Origin: Paraphysomonas bandaiensis
Lineage: Eukaryota > Protista > Chrysophyceae
Direction of reading: 5' to 3'
Assembly: GCA_965644295.1 (NCBI GenBank)
Contig: CBFFRP010000408.1
Coordinates: 1 to 64,000, forward strand
Length of the DNA: 64,000 nt
Shown piece after piece: positions 49,948-61,617 of the stretch. The position numbers were made by a program, and so were the translations under genes. How positions within the stretch are numbered: position 1 is the first letter of the stretch; every line of letters starts with the position of its first letter. The notes beneath the pieces were generated by a model. That model did not search any database. It was not told where the DNA came from and saw only the letters and a program-made list of their open reading frames with translations.

Positions 49948-52553
49948 ATGGCAAGATATCGCATTGTGTCATCCACGCCTGCACATGATGGACCTGTGAG
50001 TACGCGAAGCGGTTAACTCCGTTACTGATGTGACATGTGAACAGGTGAAATGCGTCCATGGCGATGGAGGGATAATCATTAGTGGAGGGCAGGTGGGGGC
50101 ATACAGCTTCTTCATCTTCATTTAATATTTATACTGTTGTTAGGATTCGTTTGTTCGATTTTGGAACTTTCAATTCGACTCCATTTGCAATTTACATATG
50201 CAATCGGCAATGAGTCACAATCATTGGATAACGGCAGTATCATATTTACCACCGAATGTGATTAAAAGTTACCCATGTGGGGCCGTTGTAACGGGTTGTA
50301 TGGATAATATGGTCAGGTTATACGACTCTGAGGGGAATGTTGTTTCCATTTTAAGTGGACACACCAAAGCTGCCATTTCATTTTCTTGGGCCCCAGAATA
50401 CAAACTCGTATCTGGGTCTTGGGATGGTACTGCCCGTATCTGGGATGTTGAAAGTGGCTCATGCATTGGCACTTTTGATGGCCACGAAAATGGAGTGCAT
50501 GTTTGTTGCATTGATACAACATTGATTGCTGTCAGCACAGGTTTGCTATTGCTGTGATATGTGGTTCGATCGAATCTGATGTTTACACTAGGAGAACAAA
50601 TAGATCAGAAACCTGCAAACTTCAAGATTCGCTTGTGGTCTTTGGAAACTAGAGAGCTTATAGTGTCTCCAATTGAAGACCACAGCGGTCCCATTAGGTC
50701 TGTGTTTCAGTTACCGGGAATTGGATTCGGGACCACCTCCAATGATGGTACTGTTGCACTGCGAACTCTACCTGATGGGACCTGCGTCGGTGTATGCGCT
50801 CACCCCCCTGGATCGGAAGGTTTTCCTCCATTTGTGCTAGATGGTACAGCCGTGAAAATAGACGATGCAGTTGGGTGTGTGTCGTGTGGGTGAGTTGAAA
50901 ACATTATTTTGCTTTTTCTAAATTTGACCCCACAGAGAAGATGGATCAGTTGTTGTTTGGAAAGGTACGGAGCTCTTTCAGTCTATCCCGCACCCTTCAT
51001 GTGTATGGGCGGTTACTACGGTTGTAAATGGGCAAGGCAGTTCTGATATTGTGACTGCCTGTCACGACGGGTACATCAGAGTGTTTTCTATTGAGAAATC
51101 GACTGAGACTTCTCATGCTCTGCAGCTTCGTGATGACTTTTCTCGAGAAGTTGACGAAGCTATGCTATCCAAGAAAAGTGGGCCTAGTCAAGAGGAGATC
51201 GAGAGGTCGCCCCGTTGGGAGTACAGAGAACAAGTGGCGGGTACATCGGAAGGACAGGTCCGAATATTCAACAAAAACAGTGTCGCTATCGCGGCGCAGT
51301 GGAATACGAATGCCAATACTTGGATTGAGATAGGTGAGGTAACTGGCAGTGCTGCGAGCTCTGATGGCGGGGAATTGAATGGGATTAAATATGACCACAT
51401 TATACCAGTTGAAATAGAGACGCCGAATGGCCTAATTACATTGTCTCTCGGCTACAACGACACGGAGAATCACTTTACTGCCGCTCAACGTTTCATTGAC
51501 GAGCACCATTTGGAGCAAGGATATTTACGTCAAATTGCTGACTTTATTTCGTCGAGATCAGGTCAAACTGCTAAGCCAATATTTGATATGTCTCCTTCTG
51601 AAGCGACTGGCCTAGGGAACACTCCTACCCCGAATGATACAATTAAAGAATTTGTCTATATTCCCACCAAAGCGCCTATGGCTTTCACTGATATTCCTGG
51701 CAATGTGATAGATAGAGTTCTATCTAAGTTATTAGAATTCAACTCTTTCTATACGTCACACGCGCAAAAAACCCTGACAGAATCGGACATAAGTGGACTT
51801 CGTGACGTTTTAACTACATTAGGAGACACGTCACATTATCATTCAACGAATATTCGCGCAGCATCTCTTGCTGGAATAGAACGCATGGCTTGTCAGTGGG
51901 ATAATGATAACACTCTTTTTCCTTGCTTTGATATTTTGAGGATGCTTGTTCTGCACCCCTCAGGTGTACAGGCTTTGGTGTCATTGCACTCTATGGAAAG
52001 CGTGATAGACCGTGCTGTATCAGTGATCACTAGGGAGATCCGTGAAAATAATCAGGGAGATGATTCTGTGCTAACATCTGCCACTGCGCTGACAAGTATG
52101 AGGTTTCTGTGCAATGTTTTCCGTCATATGCCCCTCCGGCAGAGGTTCAGCGAACTCATTTGTCTTAGCAATGGTGACGTTTCGAAACGATGGATAAATG
52201 GTGTAGACTCTCAGTCGCACTCTCCGAAGAAAAGTCACCGCCTCGCATCCATGACTTTTTGTCATAATTTCTTTGAAAGCATCTCGCCTCAGGCCACTGT
52301 AAATTCTGAATTATTGACGTCTTTTTTTCTAGTTACTTTGAGTTCACTCTCTCGTGAGAACGAGAGCATGGATATTGTTTTTAGAGGCCTTCTTGCGGTG
52401 GGAACAGCGATTTATCGCTTCCCAAATATCGTGACATGTGGAGATAATTGTCGATTTGCTATCTCCCGACTGAGAGAATTGTGGGAGACACGACTCAACG
52501 ATAGTGTTAAATCCTGCCTGTTCGAAGTTGAAAGTCTCCTTGCCCGCACGTGA
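49948..52553 (+). CDS. PLAA: Phospholipase A2-activating protein / Doa1/Ufd3 (WD40-PFU-PUL)
   Basis: WD40 repeats (SGSWDGTARIWD), PFU (YDHIIPVEIE..LGYN..AAQRFI..L..GYLRQIADFI), PUL (FPCFDILRMLVL); several short introns in the 5' part. Confidence 0.92.
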
Positions 52554-52879
52554 TTGATTCACATAGCCGAGATATATGCACTTGTAGTTGATCGTTGTTG
52601 ATTTTAGCCACCGTGAGTTGTAATCAACAGTATTCCCATTGAAATGCTACTGTTAAGCTATCTGCTATACTACACTATTCTACAAGTAAAAATAGCATTT
52701 TTCTATATTGTAGTCAGGACTGGAGGTATATATCCACTAGCTCAGGGACACTGACGTGATACTTATTCTGCAATTTTGTATTTCATGCTTCCTACTCATT
52801 CAGTCGTAAGAAGGGTAAGTGGCAAGCATTTTTATCTCCCAACCCCCAAGGCGCTTCTCTCCTTGATAATTTACTTTAT

Positions 52880-53599
52880 GGGATATATTATTCAACCTAG
52901 TCAATTTGGTGGAATTTCCTAGTCATTCCATTTTCGGTGTAAAAACCTAGTCAAAGCCATAAATGACTCAACCTAGCCAAATATAGTATTAAACCTAGTC
53001 GTTCTTATATCCATTGATTACACATTGCGACTGTCTAAGATACGTGCACACACCACACAACATATTGATGGCTCGGAGAGCAGTTGTTTTGAGCTACATT
53101 TTTTCTCTGTGCAACTGCGTTTCACTGTTGCCTATAGGTGCACATCACTTGGGAGGTGTGTACGAGATATATATTGTCCTGTACATATCTTAATGTTATC
53201 GTCAGGGAACATTATTGTCAAGCTCCATGATGCCTGAAAGGATTTGCGGCAGTCCTTGCAATAATTCGAGTGCCTGGCGATATGTATATGCTTGGATTGG
53301 TGCTGGTATACAAGAGCGAGAAAGGGTTTCGGTTCTCTGATGCCCCTGATGAGATATTTATCCATCCTAAGATACGATGCTGAAATATATGATGCACATT
53401 GCATATTGCATGCATGCAATATTTGTAGAGTATGCTCCCACGTTTGACTAGGTGAATACCCTATTCCACCTAGTCATTGTAAAGTTAAAAATCTAATTAT
53501 TTAATGACTAGGTTTTTCAACCTTTTGACTAGGTTTTTACTCCAATTTTGGTGTGACTAGGAAATTCCACCAAATTGACTAGGTCGAAAAATAGATCCC
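52880..53599. mobile_element. Non-autonomous Mutator-like element (MITE), 720 bp
   Basis: 46-bp TIR core GGGAT.TATT.TTC.ACCTAGTCAATTTGGTGGAATTTCCTAGTCA, arrays of ACCTAGTCA subterminal repeats, 10-bp TSD TTTACTTTAT. Confidence 0.9.
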
Positions 53600-54799
53600 T
53601 TTACTTTATATATATCTAAAGGACAAGTTATCTTAACGCAACCCAAACCCTATTCGATTAGTTTGGGTTAAAATATAATAAACATTCTTAAGGGCATGTT
53701 TAAATTTAATTATTTTCCCTTAGCTCTGTTTACAGTTTATAGGGAATAGACTTCTTCTCATTTATCACGTAAATCGATAAGAAAGTGAAGTCGTCAGACA
53801 AGATAGATAATAATAATGAAACGATAGTGCCATTTTTTGTGTAAAGCTCATGGTTAACATAATTATAGCAACCACTGAAAAAGTTGAATCATTCACAGTT
53901 ATATAGCAGTACAGTGTTACAGTTTTATTTTCAATTTGTATTTATCGATTAAAACAGTTCTATCTTAAAGAGACATATGCATTCTAACACTCCCAATATA
54001 ATCTCAGCTCACTAAACCTACCACCTACAACTGATGTCTCTTTCACCTTGGTGCACTTAACCCGGCATACCTACAAGAGGTGACTCCTATTATAGTCTGA
54101 CTCTCCTACAACCACCATCCTAAGAGTCAGTATAAATATAAATTCAACCAGTTTAACAAAAAATGATTCAGAGGCTGAAGAATAATTGTCAGACCCTGAA
54201 TCAGATTGTCATATATTATTGTTCGTCAACAAAATTTGCAGTTGGCGAACAAGTCTCGAACCTCTAACATATATACAATTTAAGAGGTATTAATTCTGAG
54301 GTAATAGGTATCAACACATATATTTAATTAAATTTAAGAGGTATATTAAGACAAGTTACTTGAGGCACTTAAAATCTTAGTATATTATTAGGTAAATGTT
54401 TTATATGTGAAATACAGTAGTGTTTGTTTTATATATTATATATTGTAACTTTGTCAAAGAAAAGGACTAAAATACAGCAATGGGGGATAGTGACAGAGCC
54501 TACAACAGAATGGGTGGATCAAGGCGCGCTGCATCTGAGAGTGTTTTGACCGGAAAACGTCGACGTAGTAGTGGGGTGATTTTTTTGGTCATCTTGGTAA
54601 CAGATGTGACTATATTGTGAGCGAATAGAATATTTCTTCAACTGCAGTATGCAATGATAATATCTCAACTGAGGGTCGTGATTCTACACGACAGAGGTAT
54701 AAAGCCGTATCAATATCAACAATATGAGGCTATCGAATGGCTATTGTGTCACTTTACAAGGAAGCCTGGATGAGTAATAAGTTTCCTACCTAATGTAAT

Positions 54800-55450
54800 A
54801 AGTAGAAGTATCTCAGTCGCAAGACCTATGTACAACACATTGACACGGAGCGGTGATGCATTAGTGGTAGAACTACCTAAACATAAAGGAGACCAGGAGG
54901 GTGACACTAAATATCCAAGACACGTGTATGCTAATCCATTGGATCCTTTGATATGTCCGGTTTTGAACCTTGGCCTGAATATAATCTATATTCCGAAGCT
55001 CGACCATGGTAACAACTATATGCTCGGTGGAAATTCAGTGAAAATAATTTCTCTAAATGACTGGTAGGTCAGTTTAAATCACTGACGGAAGCAGCTTTGG
55101 TGGTTTAAGGAGTATTAGTTCACGAAATCGGAACGTATTCGCTCCGAAAAGGAATTGCAACGCATGCGCAGAGTAAGTTCGGTGGACCCTCTATGGTAAG
55201 CATATATCACCGATCAGGATGGCCTATATGAAATGTACAACACCGTTATATTTTTCGACCAGAGGGAGGAGAACAAATGGTTGGACGAATACTCTGTGGG
55301 GAGTGGAACTGTAGAACTTTGCAGCACTTCTACCACACTTCTTATCAGGTTCTGTTGCTGACCAGTGGAATGCTATCGCTCCTGGATACAACTTTTACCC
55401 AGATTGTTTTAAAGTTAAAGTAATAGTTGCAAGTGTTATTTATCATGGTT
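54800..55450 (+). pseudogene. Crypton-type tyrosine recombinase relic
   Basis: DALVVELPKHKGDQEG..PRHVYANPLDPLICPVL; IGTYSLRKGIAT..GGPS..RSGW..VQHRYIF..GGEQMVGR; stops and frameshifts. Confidence 0.8.
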
Positions 55451-55747
55451 AGGGATGCGTGTATCTCATTCTAGGAAGCATGCATGGCATGGATATCCAG
55501 ATATCAACCCACACCACACCACACCACACCTCTATTAAATACATTCATTATACTGCGGACTGTATTCCGTATTATGAATTAATGTATCCTGCATTTCTAC
55601 AAAAAAGAAGTCACGAGCAGCAGATATGTTTGATTTAGCCGTTGAAGAGCACGTCAGATTGTTACTCAACTTCAGTGATAGTCGTCAGTCTACGAGGTCA
55701 CAATACTAACACAACAGATAGCAGTCGCTATAAATAAATTGCAAAAT

Positions 55748-57890
55748 ATGTCAAGAGTTTCTGTTCGACTCTCTGTTGCAGAGAGTGGACTCCGGGTAAA
55801 TCCTGCGGACTTTAAATGTCGAGTGTCAACACTTGTTGATGAAACTCTGCAGTCACTCCAATCGATTTGGAATGAAGCTGGCTACGAAGATACAGAATGT
55901 CAGGGTCTCCTTGGAGATATACTGACTAAGTTGAAGGCTGTTTGTTCTTCTGAATTATCTGCTGAACAGCAAATACTCGAGCATGCGAAAAACCAGGTGC
56001 TGGCCAAGCTCGAGGAATATCACTCCCTTTGCCAGACATTAGACAGAGAGGCCCCTGACGATGATACATATTTCGGTGAAAACTATGCAGACAAATTGTC
56101 TCAATTAGAAAGGTCGATATCTGACATTGAAATTGAGATATCGCAGCGTCGTGACATCATTGATACGGTGCACAGAAAAGTCGTGAGTCTTGCTGAAGAA
56201 TTAGGCGAAGATGTGCCGGATGATTATGACGGACACAGTCAACAATGTGAACTCTCGGATTCAAGATTACAGCTAATGGAAACGTTTTATGAACAACTTG
56301 AAGACGTAAAGAGAATGCGACTCAGCGAAATGCAAGAGCTTGCTGGAGAATGTTTGAAGTGTTTCAATGATCTTGTTGTTGTCAAAGAAGGAACAGACGC
56401 TCTCGTCGATAGTACCGAATTCAAAGATGTCGACCATGCAGTGCTTTCTATGTCAACTTCTAATGAGTTTGTTTTTGGGGTTCACAGAAATGATCTTAAT
56501 CGCCTCATTGCTCGCTTACAGAGTCTCTTGAAGGAGAAGGACCTCAGACGTGAAGAACTATCAAGAAACGGTGCTGATATTGCCCGAATGTGGACACTTC
56601 TTCGCATTCCATCTGCAGATAGAGAGGCATTTCAAAGTTCATTTGAAATGAATCTCTCAATGGCAACTTTGATTAAAGGGAGAGAGGAGCTTGCCCGTCT
56701 CAAGGAGATCAGAATCCAGTCCTTGGGAACGGTTATCAGCACCATTCGTGAGGAAATTTCAGCCTACTGGCGAGAACTCGGAATTATTTCTGAAGAACAG
56801 CAACGAATGGAGTTTCCACTGTATATGCTGTCGATTGAAGAGTTAGAAGATTCAGCTGTAGAAGAGCATGAGTCTTACTGTCAGGAAATTAAGAGGAAAG
56901 TCGAGCAGCTAAGGCCACTTCTCGCAAAAGTAGCGAAACGCGAATGTATTGTTGAAGAACGAATAGAACTTGAACATTTAATGCAAAACCCGGAACGACT
57001 TACTGCACGTGGTCCCAAAGCTCGGGAGGATCGGAAGCGTGAAGAGGAGATGCAGCGTAGAGTGAAAAACCTCGACAAAATAACGAAGGAGGTATACTTT
57101 GCCGTTTAGTAAATGTCTTCTTATTTTTTCAACAACTGTAGTTAATGGGACACATTGCAGCATGGCAAGAAAATAACAACGGAGCTGATTTTTTCTACGC
57201 GGTATGTGATTAGCGAAGTTTCATTTTAAGGCTCACCTGTTTATACCGGCAAAGGGCGAGAAGTATGAAGATCGGGTGACTGCACAGGAGGAAGCATATA
57301 TTGAAGTATGTATGGTGTATTTTCTTAGCAACCATGTAACGTTTTGATAGACGCGAAATATGCTTAGAAATCAAAGAAGAAAAAAAGATGGAAAGCCAGA
57401 GATTGCTCCAACCGGCTCGAAACTAATGTAACGTCTGCATGTATTAGTATACTTTCTTATGCATTACGACTGTAATAGGAAAAAGTATTCCTCAACTGCA
57501 CCTTCATCCTTGGGCACTCCGTCCAGTGACAAAGTTAAACGCAGTAACGTGCAAAATATTCCCAGCTCTTCTCACGTTGGTAGTAACAACTCCACGACAC
57601 CGTCGACATCGAATCGATTGAAGTCATCAGTAAAATCTACGATGGGTCGTCCACCACTGACAACATCTAAGTGCAAAGTCGAGAAAAACTCAGATCGCCC
57701 TGAGTCTTCTATAACTGAATGCTCGGGGAAAAGTCAAGAAAATCAGGAGAACGTTCCTCAAGCAGTTGATTTAGAGGGTGGTGACAGGTCATCTTTGGAG
57801 AGTGATTGTTCTGGTGAATCGGAGTATACTTCTCAAACTGAAGTGAAAGAGCGTGCAAGTACCTGCACTCTGATTAGAGAGGCAGTTTAG
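55748..57890 (+). CDS. Microtubule-bundling protein MAP65/Ase1/PRC1 family
   Basis: LQSIWNEAG, coiled coils, MWTLLRI, NPERLTARG..RKREEEMQRRVKNL, then WQENNNGADF exon and S/T-rich tail; four short introns. Confidence 0.87.
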
Positions 57891-58149
57891 TTTCTAAGAA
57901 ATGCCAACGTATTCTGCTAATTTATATGACTAAACCAATGCTTTTTTCATCGTCTAGGCTCTCCATACATGATACTTACAAGAAGTTCTCAGTGGTAATT
58001 TTTAATTTACGAAATAATAATAAATGTGTGAGATGTGATGTATATCCCAGCCAATTAAACCAACCTAAAGAATTTTAAATTGACAGTTGTTGAGGTTTGC
58101 TTATTGTCAAACAGTTAATAGATGTAGTAAATGTCTGATTATTTACTAG

Positions 58150-59010
58150 TACTAATACTACTGTAAGTAGTAGTGGTAAAGATAGCTATATGCGTATGCA
58201 ATGTATCCAAAATCAGGCTATTCGGTTGGAGCGTTTGCAGTCTCAAGCGAAGCAGATGTAGCTATATGAGAATATGATATTACAAAATAATAGCAGGGCC
58301 AACTTGTAACGCAATAAATACTGCTAATAACAACTATACTTGCGACTTTTCCTTTATCTTTAACCTCTCAGATACAAATTACAGTAAAATAATAATTCAA
58401 TACTTATATATGAAACCTGGTGACATTGCTTTACCAGGTTTTGGTATTACCTCGACTTAATGTGTCCCCAATGGCTGTTGTCGCGTTGTCTCGGACCGAG
58501 CATATAGTAGGCACTTATGCTACTACTGTAAGTAGTAGTGGTGTTATTACATATATATGTAGTAGTGGTGAAGGTAGCTATAATATATATTATGCGTTTG
58601 CAATGTATCTAAAATCAGGCTATTCAGTTGGAGAGGTTGCAGACTCGAGAGAAGAAAATACAGCTATATACAAGAATATGATATATATTACAAAACACAA
58701 GTATAGCAGGAGGGGGCAACTATTATTGTAACGCAATAAAAATACTTCTAATATAACAACAACTATTATTGCGACTCTTTCTTTATCTTTAACCTATCAG
58801 ATATAAATTACAGTAGAATAATAATAATTCAATATTTATATACTATTATATTATCATACATATATATGAAACCTGATGAAATCGCTTTACCAGGTTTTGG
58901 TATTACCTTGACACTTGATGTATGTCATCAGCTTACATGTAGCCAGAGGGTTGGCTTGAAGTCGAGGTAATACCAAAACCTGGTTTTTGATGTAATTCCT
59001 GGTGAAATTT
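58150..59010. repeat. Imperfect tandem duplication of a transposon-like end plus an opposing inverted end
   Basis: 58150-58458 resembles 58520-58914; ACCAGGTTTTGGTATTACCTCGACTT (58433-58458) is the exact reverse complement of 58959-58984. Confidence 0.75.
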
Positions 59011-59644
59011 TTGATGATAGTTGGAAAAGGGTATAACTATGCACAATAAGTAACTATAAAGATAATAACAGTGTGAAAAGTATTATTTATAATATTTTTA
59101 CTAATTTCTTCCATAATATTGCTTCAGTTTTACAGCGATAAAAGTCACCGACTACACATATATATTACATGCTGTTCACAAGGATGAACTAAAACCATCT
59201 CACTATACACCACTTTACCATCATCTCACTATACACCACTATACCAATGTCAGAATATCGAGATTGTGAACCAACGGCATATTATTAGGCAGCATCCGGC
59301 CTGGTATTTATTGATTAATATACAGTAATAATAACAACGTGCCCAATAAAAACTGCAATAAGGATAATAGTTTTCGACTCCCTCTTTCTCATCGAACTAC
59401 TTATTATCTTGAGCTGGTTGATAGAATCTGTCCATTACATCGGCCGACAACGGTGATTTTCTTTTTGTCGGTTCAAGAAACTCAGCGTTTAGCATAGATT
59501 TTCTGGTCAAGTTGAATAATAGACTCCAACATCCAATCAATATACTTTACCATATCATGTCACAAAAATTTGCTTTAATCTCTGCAATAGTGTTAGAATT
59601 ATTACATGACTAACTATACAATGTAATTTACGTATTTCGTTAGG

Positions 59645-60160
59645 TACACTACCCTCAACAAAGTCGGACTCGCACCTTTTCGTGGTGTTCTGAGGGATAA
59701 GTACCGGAGTTATTTCTCTGGGAAACTAACGTGAGCCGCAAACATAGTCAGCAGATATTCTTCTGCCCACTCATAGCCGAATGCTTGTGTGGTACACGGG
59801 ACACCAATAAGTGTCACTTGTGTAGACGTCTTTGGGCCCTGACGAATAAACAGGCATCCGGGAATGGGCCCACCTCAAGGGAATCCGGGACAGGGCCCAC
59901 CAGAAGAGTAACCGGGGTATTGGGTTGCCTGCTGAAGTCAAGCATCCGGGATGTTCACCTTAAAAACTCAGAGCGGAAGTGGTCGCACCTTGGTGCTTGC
60001 GGCGACGCACAAGCAGATTCCGTAGCGTTAAATAGTAGGATAAAAAAAGTGTGTACTGATTAGTTACAGGTAGAGGTCTAACTAGTTTGTCTAGCATTCA
60101 TCTAGCTACTAATTTGGTGCAGGTTTTTAACGCCTATTGCTAATAATAAGACTTTGAATA
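59645..60160 (+). mobile_element. Composite repeat: 30-kb-family head fused to the non-LTR 3' tail
   Basis: 59645-59965 matches 30110-30425; 59972-60160 matches 40884-41069. Confidence 0.7.
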
Positions 60161-61617
60161 ATAGGTACACTAGGTGTTCTTATACAGTGCATACTTAATA
60201 TACACATTACATGATGGTTACAAAATGCACACGGCGTAAAAAGCCCAAAGACTTTATAATATCGCACTGATGAGTTCTCACTCGGATCTTGGCGAGCATC
60301 TTCTGAGGCCGTATATAGCGCCTTGCACAAATTTGAAACTATGAGGTGGCTTCTTGTAACCTTGGGGTTTTAGCGGCACATTTTAGTAGCGAGGTATGGC
60401 ATAATATGTGAAGTGTGAGAGAAGCAACAATCAAAGATTACATGATTAGTTAATACATACTAAAAGTGGACAATGATCTAGCTAGTAATCACAGACAGGA
60501 TTATGGTTAGGATTAGGGTTACACAACACATTGAATCACATATATGCTGCTCTATAAACACACACAGTCATATTAACACGAGGACACTGAAGATACGAAA
60601 GCCAAACCTCTACCTGTAATCCATATTTGTTGTTGTTCTAGGAAGAAGGGGCACTCAGAGCAATGGAGAGGGATTTATGCTGTAAAAAAACACGTACTCA
60701 CCAACGGAAATCGTCAAGATGATTGTTCTGGTACCAGATTCGGAAAGGATGTCTATGACGACACCAATGATATTTGGTTTATCAATGTTAACCTACAATT
60801 CCTCATATTAGAACATATTCCTGCTACAACCATCACAGCTGTAAAATAAACGTAAACTACTTATATCGCAATTACACAGTTGCTTCATTCAAAAACTTCT
60901 TGACACGACATGCAAATTAATCATGATGACTGCATTTTGATGAATGATCTTTATTGTCAGCACTATGACTGCTATAATCACCAGCTTGTACGTGCTACGA
61001 GCGTGGTCGTATTAACGTCTCAGCGCGTATACACTCTAAATCCATGCGACGTTTGAACATGTCAAACACTGATAGAGCAGAGCGTCAACAATATTATCTG
61101 ATAACGGTTAAGTATATCGTAAGTCTTTACTTCATTCATAGTTCTTTTCCACATTCATACAAATCTAGAAATAACACTAGCACCTAGCTACCTTGTCGGC
61201 ATGTCTCAGCCTGTCAGATTCGGCAGTTGAACCTTAGAATTAAGAATACATGTCACAAAGTGCAGATATACAACACACATATAAGAAAAAATTTGTCTTC
61301 TTACATATTTATGTTTTACTGATATCTAACTCTGTAATGATTGATTCATCATGGCCTATACGGCTGTAAAATGTTGTAAGGTAAGAATATATATGACGCG
61401 TTGACGCGATGAGAAATCATAGTAATCAACACTAAAACACAATATCTGTCACAACAAAAAAGAGTGCCAATACTCCATCTCCCAGAGCAATTGGTGCTCA
61501 GCATCTGCTCCTGAGAGGACATCAGTTTACTGTTTCTTTTTCACCGGAGACAAATAATATAATGATATTGCCTCAAAAAGAAATAAAACGTAAAAAACAT
61601 TAAAGCATAAAAGAGAA

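Noticed and set aside
60262-60345. Hammerhead ribozyme suggested by CTGATGAG
   Set aside because: No properly placed stem II-GAAA or flanking stems
60503-60521. Telomere-like TTAGGG
   Set aside because: Only one or two imperfect units; no array
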